Under the pieces are notes generated by a model. The model did not search any database, was not told the origin of the DNA, and saw only the letters and a program-made list of their open reading frames with translations. A DNA stretch of 63,319 bases, the filler included, from Basidiobolus ranarum (lineage: Eukaryota), in the NCBI GenBank assembly GCA_040143965.1. It is 11 parts of 11 records of this genome, joined end to end, with 100 filler letters (N's around TTAATTAATTAA, not from the genome) between each part and the next. Parts side by side here need not be neighbours in the genome. Positions count along the whole stretch, not along the records: positions 46,197 to 51,843 come from JASJQH010008409.1; positions 51,944 to 57,587 come from JASJQH010008410.1; positions 57,688 to 63,319 come from JASJQH010008411.1; 8 more parts are not named here. One strand, 5' to 3'. Positions 49,615 to 62,026 of this stretch are shown here, piece after piece. How positions within the stretch are numbered: the first letter of the stretch is position 1; each line of letters starts with the position of its first letter. The translations under genes and the position numbers were made by a program.

Positions 49615-51688
49615 ATGGAATGGTTACTTTGGGTCATCTATTATCTGCTAATTTTTACAGGCATCTATATATGCATATACCTCAAGTTAAAGTACAGATT
49701 TGATTTAATAAAGAAGTCCCCCGTTTTATTAAGGGGTCGGGGTATTTGCTTATCTTCAAACTTCAAACTAAATTCCTCTTGAGAATAATGGGTGATATCT
49801 TAATGAAATATGAAATTCCTAAATACTAAGCTATATATGACTATATAAGTGTTTAGGCTATACTAATTTCAATATACGGAACTATGATATATATATAAAA
49901 TATTGGGTAATATTCTCAGTTTCTGTAATTTAGCAAAATCTGACTGATTTTTCTCATGATTATGATAGTATTCTATGAAGATATATTATATTATTAGTCG
50001 GTTGGGTAGTGCCCATTTGGTCTGAAAATATTTATGCACTAGTATTTTAGTTCTTGATTCAGTGGACTGATTCCATTTATTGTCCTAGATAGGACCATGT
50101 ACAACATTTGATAAAGTTTTCAAGTTTCTTTGCAGTTTGATCTAACAATATTGAACAGTAGTAGCATGGCATTGACAGATTAGACTCTGATAAGAATATA
50201 TTAGTGAAGTGTAGCTTCAATTTGACATACATTCAAAGTACTAGCTGTCGTTTTATAAGCCTGAGGTCTGATGTTGAATTATGTTTTGATAATCATTATT
50301 TTAAACTGAATAATCTTAAAAACGGATAGTTTACATAGATTTACTTTTCAGAGACTTGGAGTATCCTCATATATATTTGATCAATCGTTGGTACAAAGGT
50401 TGGAAACATCTAAAAAGTAGATAATCTAGAACAACTGTGACCAAGCAGCATGCTGAAAGCGTGTATTATTACACAATATTAAATAAACCATCGGACTACT
50501 AAATGCCAATGTTGCACCAGTGACCATCTGCTACCAAAGAGTTACATTACCTGGATGTTGTTATTATCACTAGACCAATGGATTATCTAAAACTTGAATG
50601 TTAAACTGATTTCTCAGTATTCTGACATATAGTGGTAAAGTAAGCATATGTGATTCAACTGGGATATACCGCAAGAGAAAAGCAGCGTTCTAGGAGAATC
50701 AGTTTCCCAATTTGAATTAGTTTTACTAGTTGACATGTGCTTGGTAATACATTGCACGTTGATCAGGTTTTTAAGGTGGAGAAATATCTTGGCTAATTTG
50801 CTACTACTCAGTAAGCTAATTCTAACCCCAGGGGAAGGCACATGATGGTCAAAAGATACTCCAGAGATATTAAAATAAATATAAAATATCCCCATGAGCA
50901 TTCTTGGATATTAATAGATGGCTCTTGAGTAAAGAGCTTGAATCTACTGTGTATTAATGAATTCTACAAATGTCAATTGTTGTTGAGAACATGATCAAAT
51001 TGTGTTTGATCTGCAGAAGGAGCTTCGATTAGGACATGTACTAGTTATATCACTATCCATTTGACAAAAAAGATCTGCGATTGATAGCTATAATACAAAC
51101 AAGTACTGCATAGTGCAGCATTAGCAATGCGGTCGATCACTAGCCTTTCTATGATTAGAGAGACGGCCATCAACCGGACCAGCGTAAAAGTAAAATGAGA
51201 ATCCTCCAAAACTACTATCTATCAAGAGGTTTTGTGGCTTATTGCTCATGTCACCAACTAACACAACCTGTCTGGTGTGTAAACCAATTAAATTCTTAAT
51301 CTTAATAGCATGTAGAGAACATCAAAGTAGGTGTATTCGTGATATAATTCTATCCAACCACTGAGTATATTTGTTACGGAAAAGTATGTGGAATTGAAAT
51401 CAATGGATGAAGAACAAATTAAAGTGTGGAATACATGCATAGATTCGCTTCCAGTGGATTTTCCAATTTGTATGGTCAGAGATTCAATCTTTCGATTTAA
51501 AATAATCATGTCATTTTAGTTAACAGTTCCAAGGAGGGTGTAAGTATGGAGCTGTTGAGAGTCATTCAATATAAGTAGAAACTAATGGAACAAATTGGAG
51601 ATGTCAATGTCGGGGTTGAAGTCTAAGAAGTTGATTCAAAGATAAGCAAGAAACAAGCATACCAAGTTAGGATCGATGTAAGCGCGGA

Positions 51689-51843
51689 TTATTTAGATAA
51701 GTTTCCTGCTGCCATCTTCAACCGATCTAACTCTGTAGCCATTATCCTTCTGGTAGATGTGTTAGTTCTTCCATTCGTTGGTGAGCCCGGCGAATTTCCT
51801 GATGTAGAAAGAGTGCCGGACGATGCCTTTCTGGTAATCAAAG
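51689..51843 (-). CDS. Possible 3' end of an unknown gene, truncated by the contig end
   Basis: Open frame LITRKASSGTLSTSGNSPGSPTNGR...ELDRLKMAAGNLSK* with CpG-containing, coding-like composition. No recognisable motif. Confidence 0.3.
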
Positions 51844-51943
51844 NNNNNNNNNNNNNNNNNNNNNNNNNNNNNNNNNNNNNNNNNNNNTTAATTAATTAAN
51901 NNNNNNNNNNNNNNNNNNNNNNNNNNNNNNNNNNNNNNNNNNN

Positions 51944-52441
51944 GCGGCAATCAGCAGGAACAATATCACCAAGACGAAGGACAACAACATCACCTGGAAC
52001 CAAATCAGCTACCTCAATCTCAATCAAGTCGCCATTACGCCAGACACGAGTTTTCAGGGCAAGAGTATTCTTCAAGGCATCCAAAGCACTTTCAGCCTTT
52101 GACTCCTCAATGAATCCAATAGCGGCGTTGATGAACAATAACGCGCCAATAATACCAAAATCAACCCAATCCTGTACGACAGCAGACAAGATCCAGGCGA
52201 TTTCAATCAAATAAGCAATAGCACCAGTGAAGTAACTTAGAAATTTGAGAATGGGATTTCTTTTCTTTTCAATTAATTCATTGCGTCCAAACTGTTCTAC
52301 ACGCTGAGTGACTTCGGCAGAAGTTAAGCCCTTCGATGGGTCAGTGTGTAAAAGAGCTTCTAATTCCGGGGAAATCTCTTCCGCCATTTCCTGATGCTTG
52401 TGCTCTTCAAGCTCCACCTTTTTGGCCTCTTCTTTGGTCAT
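51944..52441 (-). CDS. PMA1: Plasma-membrane H+-ATPase (P3A), copy 1, first 166 codons
   Basis: TDPSKGLTSAEV..FGRNEL.EKKRNPILKFLSYF; INAAIGFIEESKA; LVPGDVVVLRLGDIVPADCR. Confidence 0.95.
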
Positions 52442-53334
52442 TTCGAATTCTTTACTAAATCAGAATTGATTTATAATCAAAAAATACAGAAGACAAGTAA
52501 TACAAGAACACTCGGAAGTTAACGCAGTCCCGGGCTCTTTATATTCCCGGACACCTTCCCATTAGTATCCTAATGACTGTGCTATATTTATTTGCACTTA
52601 GACAATCGGTTGTAGGATTCGTCGAATTGATATGTGAAGATCTATTTTCATACACTAAAATCGCCCAACCTTCACCAACAGCTCAGAATGCTAATACCAT
52701 TCACGCATTCGCGCATTCACTGATTCATTGGAAAGAGGCTATGGCTGAATGAAGATGAGCCAACCATCACCAATTTGCTGGTTCAGTTGTTGATTAATTT
52801 GGATCTTGATGAAACTGCAAAACGAGACAGTTTTGAAACGTACTCGAACTGGACACTACTCACATAGTCTCTAGTCCCATATTAGGATCAACCGAACATA
52901 CACATCATCAGTGTAGTGGGCCAGTATTCGCCCACTGTTAGAATTCGCTCGCCACCTTTGACCTCACCAATCCCATACTAACCCTAACATAACAATGGTC
53001 TAAAGTAGCTAGAACTTGCGCAAATGCGATGCTTACATGTGGTTGTCGTTAGCATAACCAAGGCTTGACAATACCGCTTGTTGACACGCTTATAAAGTAA
53101 ATTTGGATGCAAACACCACAACAAATATTCGTTCGAGTACCTATCCCTCTCCCCCTATCTGTCAGCGGGAAATATCGGAAAACATTCAATCCATTCAGAC
53201 TAAAGTGGATTGGCTACATGATAGCGAATGGCATGTTATCATTTATAGTAAAAAAACGCATGAGAATAAATCATATTTGGGAATAATAATCCGTGGATGG
53301 TAATTTCATTAGCATCCTTCAATATGTAACATTC

Positions 53335-53461
53335 ATCAATACTAACTATATCATGTACCCTTAATCAATACTAACTATATCATGTACCCTTAATCAATAC
53401 TAACTATATCATGGATCTATACTAGCTATATCATGTACCCTTATATATACTAACTATATCA
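53335..53461. repeat. 29-bp minisatellite (ATCAATACTAACTATATCATGTACCCTTA): 2 perfect and about 2.5 degenerate units
   Basis: Units at 53335-53363 and 53364-53392 are identical. Confidence 0.9.
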
Positions 53462-56400
53462 CACCTATAGTGCTGCGATATTGTGATTCTGTGATTCTAA
53501 TCATGACAATTCATGGACAGAAATGATGAAATTATATCCGGCAACTGCGTAAGTAATCTCCAATGGTATGTTGTACTCCCATAATAGATATGGAAATTTC
53601 GCATAGCAAATGGCAAGATAAGACTCACTTTCCTGTTTACTAGAGAGCAGAGTCTTGAAACAACGAGAGATACCACTGCCATATAAAAACCCAAAGACCC
53701 CGTACCCTTGAAGGCCAAGACTAGCACCCTTGAAGCCACACAATAAGACTTCAACACTGTGAATCAATATGTACGTGATGCTATGTAATCATTCATAATC
53801 AATAAAAACATATCAATGGGACCCCGGGTATAGTAACAGGTCAAACAGCTATCGGGTATATATTACCGCCGGTTAGCCATCTCTGATTTCCCACACTGCC
53901 GTGTAACATCGATTCCCGATCACTCTTGACTATTGGGCCGTGGGCTCACGTAAAAATGACCACTGAGGTATAACTCACTCAGGACAGAGTCGGTGTTGAT
54001 ATTTTGAGACTAATTGAAAGATTCTTCTCGTATTCATTATGTCGCCATCACCATCTCCATCACTACTGCTGCTAGCATAGCATGCAGCTTGGTGGTAATC
54101 AAGTCATGAGCAAATTCGGCAATAAAATTAATTAGTAGCGAAGAGTTTCCGTATCTGGTTTCCGCATCCATTTGGCTGATCGATAACTCAGTTAGCAATA
54201 CCCAACTGATATATGGATGGAATTGGCGATGAATGAACCATGTGGAATTGTTAATATTTCCTTAAATCCAATTGGAGCAACTTCGATCGGGATCTTAGGT
54301 GACCTGGTGACTCCACATGGCTAGTTTTTCACCGCTCGAGGCTTTGATGTTGGGGTAGATGAGCTCGACTAGTAATTCCTGAAATATCGAAGTCAGGGCG
54401 GTAAATCATCGATTAGTTACTTTTAAGAAACAGGAACCAATGTTGACTTATGCAGGAAGTCACTTAAACTTGTGGAGAGAACCCACTTCCAGCTTGTCTG
54501 GTTGACAAGATAGCCTTGATAGAATGGAGGAACTGTTCTGTGGTACAGCTTATCATAAGACCACGGATAGTGTGAGTCTAAAGTAGTTAGTAGAAAGCAG
54601 CTTTAGCCGCTATCCGATTTTATTTAATGATCGCCATTTGTTATTGCCTTGATTTATCCAGTTCAGTTCACATGTTGATTGCTTTGAACTCGACCCAACT
54701 TCTTTATTCTCTCATCACCATTCCTGATATTCCTAAAAAGGGATATCTCGCATGCAACATACAGAAACAACTGAATGTTTCGTTTCTGACATTGGCGCAC
54801 GTGCTCAATGAATTCTCACCCATTGGCTAATTGTGCCTAATATGGCAATCCAGTCGATAATCTGGTTTTGTTCTCATTGATAGCTAACGAATTACTAACG
54901 AATTACTCCACCTCTTGATGTGCAACTGTGATGCTGAGTTCGGTCCCTTGTAAGGTCGAAAGTACAAAGTAAGAAGGCAAACGTCAAACATGACATCCCA
55001 AACTGCATTTTCACGTAACACAATTTAGCTTCAACTGATCACATACCAATGGAAACTGGCGAGTTCAAGTACACCAAAATGATCAATTGTAAAGCTCAAT
55101 GGAGTGATCATAAATATGACAGGTTAAGATGGCAATACAATTTCCACCAATTCTAACGACACTGTATGGATTATGATAATCTCCACATCACCAATGTGGG
55201 AAATGCCCTTGGATATACTCGGGAAGAGAATTGCGAATAGATAACATTTTGGACATACTCGGGCTCACTGCCTAAATAGTCCGGGTATCTATCTACCAGT
55301 TACCACGGAAATTTCCATTTCGCATTCATTTTACCCTGATGGAAGATATTACTAATATCCTATGCACTACATTAAACCATTCATTTCAAAGGTACTGCGA
55401 ATTTGGCGCAAAATCTGCCTTCTTTATATATCTATTCTACCCCCCTTTATAATAACTTTACTGTATTTCACCTAATCTTGCATCAGTATTTGTACATAAT
55501 ACATTCGAACCAATACACTTGGATTCTAGTGAGGTTTTCAATAGATAAAGTAGTTGGACATTCATCCAAAATAATAAGATTCTTTCGAGTTACTTGCCTA
55601 ATAGATGCAGACTACTTGCTCGCAGCCCCTTACACTGTGAACATCTACTCCAGCTACTGTACAACTACAAGTCAGATAGAGGACTTTAGAGTACTATCGT
55701 GGGGATTAGGATGAAGTTTTGTTGTTATATGTGGTACCAGTGATTTGAAGTGTGGGTTATAACAATTGTCTCACGAATTATGTCGTTCTCTTAATGAAAT
55801 ACCTTTGAATGCTTCATTAGGTCAGTGAACTGTCAATTTCATCTATAAACCCATATTTCAAGTATCAAAGCGTGACCTGTTTCAGGAGAAACAGTCCAAA
55901 GATAATGCAACGCCTCAGTTTATAATTGGCGTTATCGAGTAACTTTGTCAGTTCTACGCAATGGCAAGGTGTATTCTGAAATATGGGCGAAGTATATCCG
56001 AGAGAGGTGACAGTGTGAAGCTTACATCATCAAAGCTTATAATTGAGCTAAAAGTTTATTTCAAAATGGCTCGACAATAAGAAACTCTAAAAAATTGGCT
56101 TTCCAACATGCCTAAGAAAGGTATAAGGTGAGATCTAAACTAAACTCAAATTAGAGGTTAATTCTTAAGCTTAAACGATATAAAGCGTGTGAACGATTGC
56201 CACGGTGTTGTCATAAAAAATCAAGGTTTCGATGATACTAACGACCTGTTTGCATTGGCAGTGGGGGAAGCCGGCGATACTGAAAGGCAAAGACGTTAAC
56301 CAAAGGCCCAATAAATAAAGACCGTCAATAATAGATTAATACAGGCAATGTCTGATTGAATGTGATATGGAAATAGTGCTAATAATCAGGCAAATATGGT

Positions 56401-57089
56401 AATATGAGCATGTGTGGATTGGCTCAATAACTGCTAGGAAATAATGGTAAAGGTGCGGTTGAAAAGAAGACTCTATGATTTAGGTTCGAAGTGGTCAAAA
56501 TGTGGTAGTTAAGTGTTCTCGTGATACAATTTGGTATTACCAAAAGTAAACGTTACAGTTATGGCACAAAATATGCTTAAAGATTAAGATAAAAATTTTC
56601 TACCACTCAAAATATGCAATCAGGTCAACTTGCCACTTAGAGCTTGTGTAACCGCACTCAGTAAAACATATTCTGTTTAAACATGTCAGTGGGTGTGACA
56701 CAGGTTCCCTTTCAGTGTTGCATTTAATAAAAAGCTATCATTATATCGCTACTCGACAATTTCCAAAAAAACTGGTTACTGGCACAAAAGAAGCTGTGCC
56801 ATAGAGAGGATGGGGACACAAAAGAGAAACTACCATTTTGAATCAGAAGGACTCTAACATCCAAATATATGGCAAATGAGATATTGGCAACAGAGTATCG
56901 AATTTGATTGGAGATCAGGCGATGGAAACATATATAAGCTTATCAGAGAACTTATCGAAAAGCATTCAATCATCAGTTGTTTCTCTTTCAATAAGTGAGG
57001 TACTTCACCTTCCACACCACAACTTCTAACAACCTCTTAGTCGGTGTTTACCTTAATTTATTGGAGACCTATCCTTTTCTGTCCCAAAA

Positions 57090-57587
57090 ATGTCTGCCAA
57101 CGACGAGAAAAAGGCCCAGCTTGAAGAGCATGCTCATCAGGAAATGGCCGAAGAGATTTCCCCTGAATTGGAGGCTCTTTTACACACTGACCCATCCAAA
57201 GGTTTAACTTCTGCCGAAATTACTCAACGCTTGCAACAATTTGGTCCTAATCAGTTGTCAGAGAAAAAGAAGAATCCTTTCCTCAAATTCTTAAGTTATT
57301 TCACTGGTGCTATTGCTTATTTGATTGAAATCGCCTGGATCTTGTCTGCTGTCGTACAGGATTGGATTAATTTCGGTATTATCGGTGGTCTATTGTTCGT
57401 CAATGCCGCTATTGGATTCATTGAGGAGTCAAAGGCTGAAAATGCTTTGGATGCCTTGAAGAATACTCTTGCCCTGAAAACTCGTGTCTGGCGTAATGGT
57501 GATTTGATTGAAATCGATGTAGTTGATTTGGTTCCAGGTGATGTTGTTGTCCTTCGTCTTGGTGATATTGTTCCTGCTGATTGCCGT
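57090..57587 (+). CDS. PMA1: Plasma-membrane H+-ATPase (P3A), copy 2, first 166 codons
   Basis: Same motifs as copy 1; divergently oriented and truncated at the same codon. Confidence 0.95.
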
Positions 57588-57687
57588 NNNNNNNNNNNNN
57601 NNNNNNNNNNNNNNNNNNNNNNNNNNNNNNNTTAATTAATTAANNNNNNNNNNNNNNNNNNNNNNNNNNNNNNNNNNNNNNNNNNNN

Positions 57688-58200
57688 GATCCACTGCATA
57701 TGGAACTCTTCTATTATTAGATTATGACATCATATCTACTGTGCCATCCCTTCTTGGCAATCTGGTGTCAGTTCATCCAGATTACCTTATATGGAAGTCA
57801 TGTTCTTTGGAACATTCCATGAAACCTAACCAATCATGTCATCCCACACATAGTGTATTTCCATCAAGACCTTCCATGGAAGGTCACTTGATCATCCTTA
57901 CATCATCCTTACATCATCCATCTTTGTATTGGTCCTTGTAGTCCCCAACTCTCAAACTTGCCACAGTATATTCCCTATTCAGTATATTATGTTTCACCTT
58001 GCAATATCTATATAAGCCCTATGTATTCCTTGATCAGACTGAGGTCTGATCAATGCCAGTTATCAATACAGATTCTTGCCAAAGTATCTTCCTTGTCCAG
58101 ACTTGTCTTGTCTTGTGGTCTACACCCAAGTACTCTCCTGCCTTCTAGCCTCTTGTTGTTGTTTCCAGTCCTTGTCCAGTTCCTTATTTTGACTAAATGA
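57688..58200 (+). repeat. LTR-like element (family 5), uninterrupted copy
   Basis: 57688-58001 matches the reverse complement of 41029-41339, then continues through a TATATAAG box and pyrimidine-rich sequence. The end is approximate. Confidence 0.65.
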
Positions 58201-58635
58201 ACAAATAAAAAGAGTATATCCAATCAAAAGCAATTGTAAACTCAGCCAACAAGTTCTTGAACAAGCATGCACTGGTAGTGACTTATTGATGGATATGACT
58301 AGTTCCTTGCTTATGTAGACAAATCTAGGGAAAATAATACAAAGTATCAGAAATTTAACACCTACCTGTCAGTACCTCCTTTGAGCCAGTCAAGTTCTTT
58401 CTAGTCACAGGGTAGCCTGTAACTATCTACAGCAGTCTCTCTTGAGCATACTTCACAAAGATCTTGTATGCAGTGGCAAAAGTTAGAGGTGAACACAAGC
58501 AGTAATTGTTAGTTGAAAACCAATTTGATTTTTATTTGAAAAGATACGGCTCCTGATTACACTTTTCTGAAGGTTTTAAAGATCAAAAAGTGTTCAAAAT
58601 CTAGATCAAATATGGCTTCCCAGCACAAGCCTGCT

Positions 58636-58942
58636 GAAATGAGATGAGATAGTGTCACTGATGAGTCATCAGGAGGCTTACACGATATTACCAGTAATTG
58701 ATGGCAGTATTGGTTACTATAAGCTATTTCTAATCAATTTCATTTCACCAAGTTCACCATCTGAAAATTTCAATGCCATTCAAAAAGCATTCAAAATCTA
58801 AATCAAAATTGGCCTCAAAGCCAAAGCCTGCTGGCACAAAAGGAAAAAAACCAGTAAGAACAGAGAACTCACTTGATGAGCAGTCTAGCATTCCACTACC
58901 CACTGCAGAAGGCATTAACATGCCAGAAACTAACTCAAGTAC
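58636..58942 (+). repeat. Duplicate of the CACTA intergenic region and the 5' end of ORF2
   Basis: Homologous to about 61893-62193; encodes MPFKKHSKSKSKLASKPKPAGTKGKKP. Confidence 0.85.
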
Positions 58943-59029
58943 CCTAACAAAAATAAAATTCATTGGACCTGGATTGTATCCACCCTTCTTGATTACAAAA
59001 CTGCTTGAGGACTGTCATAATATTGGTGG

Positions 59030-61815
59030 CTAGCATTTTGCCGGAGAATTTCATGGTGAGATAATGGCTTCTTGATAGTATTTTGATAGCATTCATACAT
59101 AGGAATAAATTGATCCTCATATTTGGCACTCATTACATTTTTTTGACAATTTTTGCAAAAGCTAATTTTCAAATGGCCAACTACTGTGTTCACTGCTATA
59201 GGAATTTGAATTAATATTCATGCCTTTATTTTGATATTTTAGGCTCTGTATTCCAGCCATTAGCAGAATCAAAAATACAAGAATCTTGTGGTGTTTAGTC
59301 TCTACATATAGACATACTCCACTGATCAGCCATAACTCAACAACATCAAAATGCTTTATTAACAAGTTTAAGGTGGAAAAATTGCTAAACATCTGAAATT
59401 TTTAATAGCACTGACACTTGGCAGACAGCTAACTCTTAATACTGTTCACAATGATAATAAGATCTTGGATTTTGGCAAATTTTCATAAAGAATTCAGCCA
59501 AAATATCCCCAACTTTCAGTCAACAAATGTCTGGCCACAAGTAGTTGTGTCATTGCTTGGGTAGATTACCCCATGGTTAAAACAATAATACTGCTAATCT
59601 TGATATATCTCAACAAGAAGTCTATCTTACAGCTTTCCTAGAAATAACATCAGATTAGCACACAAACAAATTAGTCCATGTTACAGAGGTACTTACTATG
59701 AGTCCATGGTTTGAGTTTTGTTGCTGTTATTGTGCTCAAATCATGCAAAAGCCCATTAGTACATTGAAAAGAGCCCTTTGTTGGAAGGTTAATATACTCT
59801 GGAGTCTCCTCAACCTGTTGAAATACTACCATCACTGATTTTGCCAATACATTGTTAAATAGATTAGCATACAGTAATATTGACAATTTCACACAGAACT
59901 TCATTTATTGCAGGTGCACTCCACTGGGAACTCCCAGATGGTATAGCAATGGCCTGTAATCTCTAAGCATTGAGAAATATGTAGCAAGGAATGTACTGAG
60001 TACTGGCATAGATTCTATCCATCTTCTTTGAACCTGTAATAGAGTTTTTTTATCCAAACACAAAATCTTTGCCCAGTTGCTATATTGGCCTGAGATCTGC
60101 CAATGGTTGTTGATGCTATCAGAATATATTAACAATTTTCACAAACAACTCCCATTGTTGCCAATACTTGTCAGGCAGCAATCTTTTGAATGTTCCACTT
60201 GAATATGCACAAATTCAATACTTCCAGTGTTTGCATTTGAATCAATGCCTAGATAAGTGGATGTTTAAGGGAGTCCTGGTAAAATATGAAGGTAACTTGC
60301 CATTTTCAAGTATTTACCCAATTTATTCAAACTTTAATCCAATCTTGATAGGCTCTTAAATGTCAAATTTTCTACTATAAAGTGGAGCAAGTAGTATTGA
60401 AATATCATTGAGTAGTAAGTTCATAGTGCCTAATGGCAAGCTCTGGCTCCAGCTTATCTTCTTTAGTAGTATAATCTTAGGCTTACAACTAATTCCTTGT
60501 TTGATGTCAGACTGGCCATTTGGTGATTTGATTTTGGTGACTATGTTAAAATCTGACTGGGCTCTATATTATAAGACCATGGAGTTTAGTGTTGTTGTTA
60601 TATAGTAATAATGCATACCATTACTTACAACAATATTAGCTCTAAAAAATACTTGCCCATCTGAACCCCATGAGATACCTGTTCATATTCCACAATCAAA
60701 GGCTCCAAGTAGCTCTCTATAAGCACTGGTGATATAGATCCAGATATGATATATAGTATCAAAATATTATGACTCTTATACTGTTCCAAAGGAGGAAGAT
60801 TTAAGTTAACTGACATTATTGGCCAGCAAACCTTTCTAAGGGTATATTTGTTTTGTGAGAAACCATCCAGAGCTAATACAAATGTATGACTATACATGTT
60901 ATCAAAGAAACCTTGACTTTTCAGATTCTGGTAGTGATATCCATCAATAATATTGGTAATACCAGCAACTTTATAGTGAGTACTTTTGTAATGGATCAAT
61001 CATCTATATTTGGATGATTTCATCAATACTTTAAGATGGCAAATCTATGGTATATAAGCTAAATGTGATCAATGTTTACCTGATTCAGTGATTGCCAATT
61101 GTGTGCAAACAGTACATGACTTCAGGTTTTTCAGATCACCAGTGAATGCCAAACAACCATCTGGACTTGAAGGTTGTTTAATTACTGAAGGATAATAAGT
61201 CATATGATTGACAAGTGTTTTCCACTTGTACCTGGTATGTGGTCAGTAACAGTTGCCAATCAACTGTGATAAAGGTGTAAGAAAACCAATTAACACCTGG
61301 TTGCTAAGATTGGATTGAACTCTCCACTCCTCAATAATCAAAGCTGCTTTCTTCACAGTGTTATCAGTGGACCAAATGTTTGCCAATAAAAAAGCTTCCA
61401 TAACAAAACCATTGTCTGCTTCTTCGACTTTGGATATACTACCATTGGAACTGGAATAACCAAGATCAACATCTAGCAGCAAGTCCTCAAAGTTGTCTGG
61501 ACTTACTGGTTTGACCAAAGGTGCATTTTGACCTACATCATTCTGGTCATATAACTGCGGTAACTCCATGGTATCTTGACTTTTGGTAGTGTTACCAAAA
61601 CTTTGAGGCAGATTACAGTCAGTGGACTCAATGGGCAAAACTAAAGTTAATTTAGTGCACTTATTACCGTTGTTATACCCCAGGCTTTGTCCAGCTGGTG
61701 GCTTTGTACAGTGACTGTGCTTGTGGTTATTTTTTCTATGAAGCCTCTGGCTTTCATAGCACCAGAATTTGTGACAATAAGAGCAAGGCTTCTTTAAATG
61801 TTTATGTTGTGCCAT
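59030..61815 (-). mobile_element. CACTA/EnSpm-like (Transposase_21/tnp2) transposase pseudogene, near full length
   Basis: N-terminal PCSYCHK..H..HC; PDGCLAFTGDLKNLKSCTVC; IIDGYHYQNLKSQGFF..LALDGFS..CWPIMSVNLNLPP..ESYLEPLIVE; YWQQWELFV; C-terminal LLHISQC..WEFPVECTC..YANLFNNV. Confidence 0.88.
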
Positions 61816-62026
61816 GAGAAGGATATTAAAGAAAAATGAACACCTCCTATGTAAGGGTGGTATTTTAGGTATAGCCCATCAATATCATCAGCTGATTCTG
61901 AGACGGTGTCACAGATGAGTCATCAGGGGATTTACAAGATATTTCTGGTAATGGATTGCATTTTTGGTTTATTATAAGCTGTTTTAAGCAATTTGGTTAC
62001 ACCAAGCTTACCATTTGAAAATTTCA

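Noticed and set aside
53335..53461. CRISPR-like array (29-bp repeats)
   Set aside because: The repeats are contiguous without unique spacers, the context is eukaryotic, and there are no cas genes.
58270..58278. CACTG as the terminal inverted repeat of the CACTA-like element
   Set aside because: A 5-mer with no matching opposite end or TSD visible in the window.
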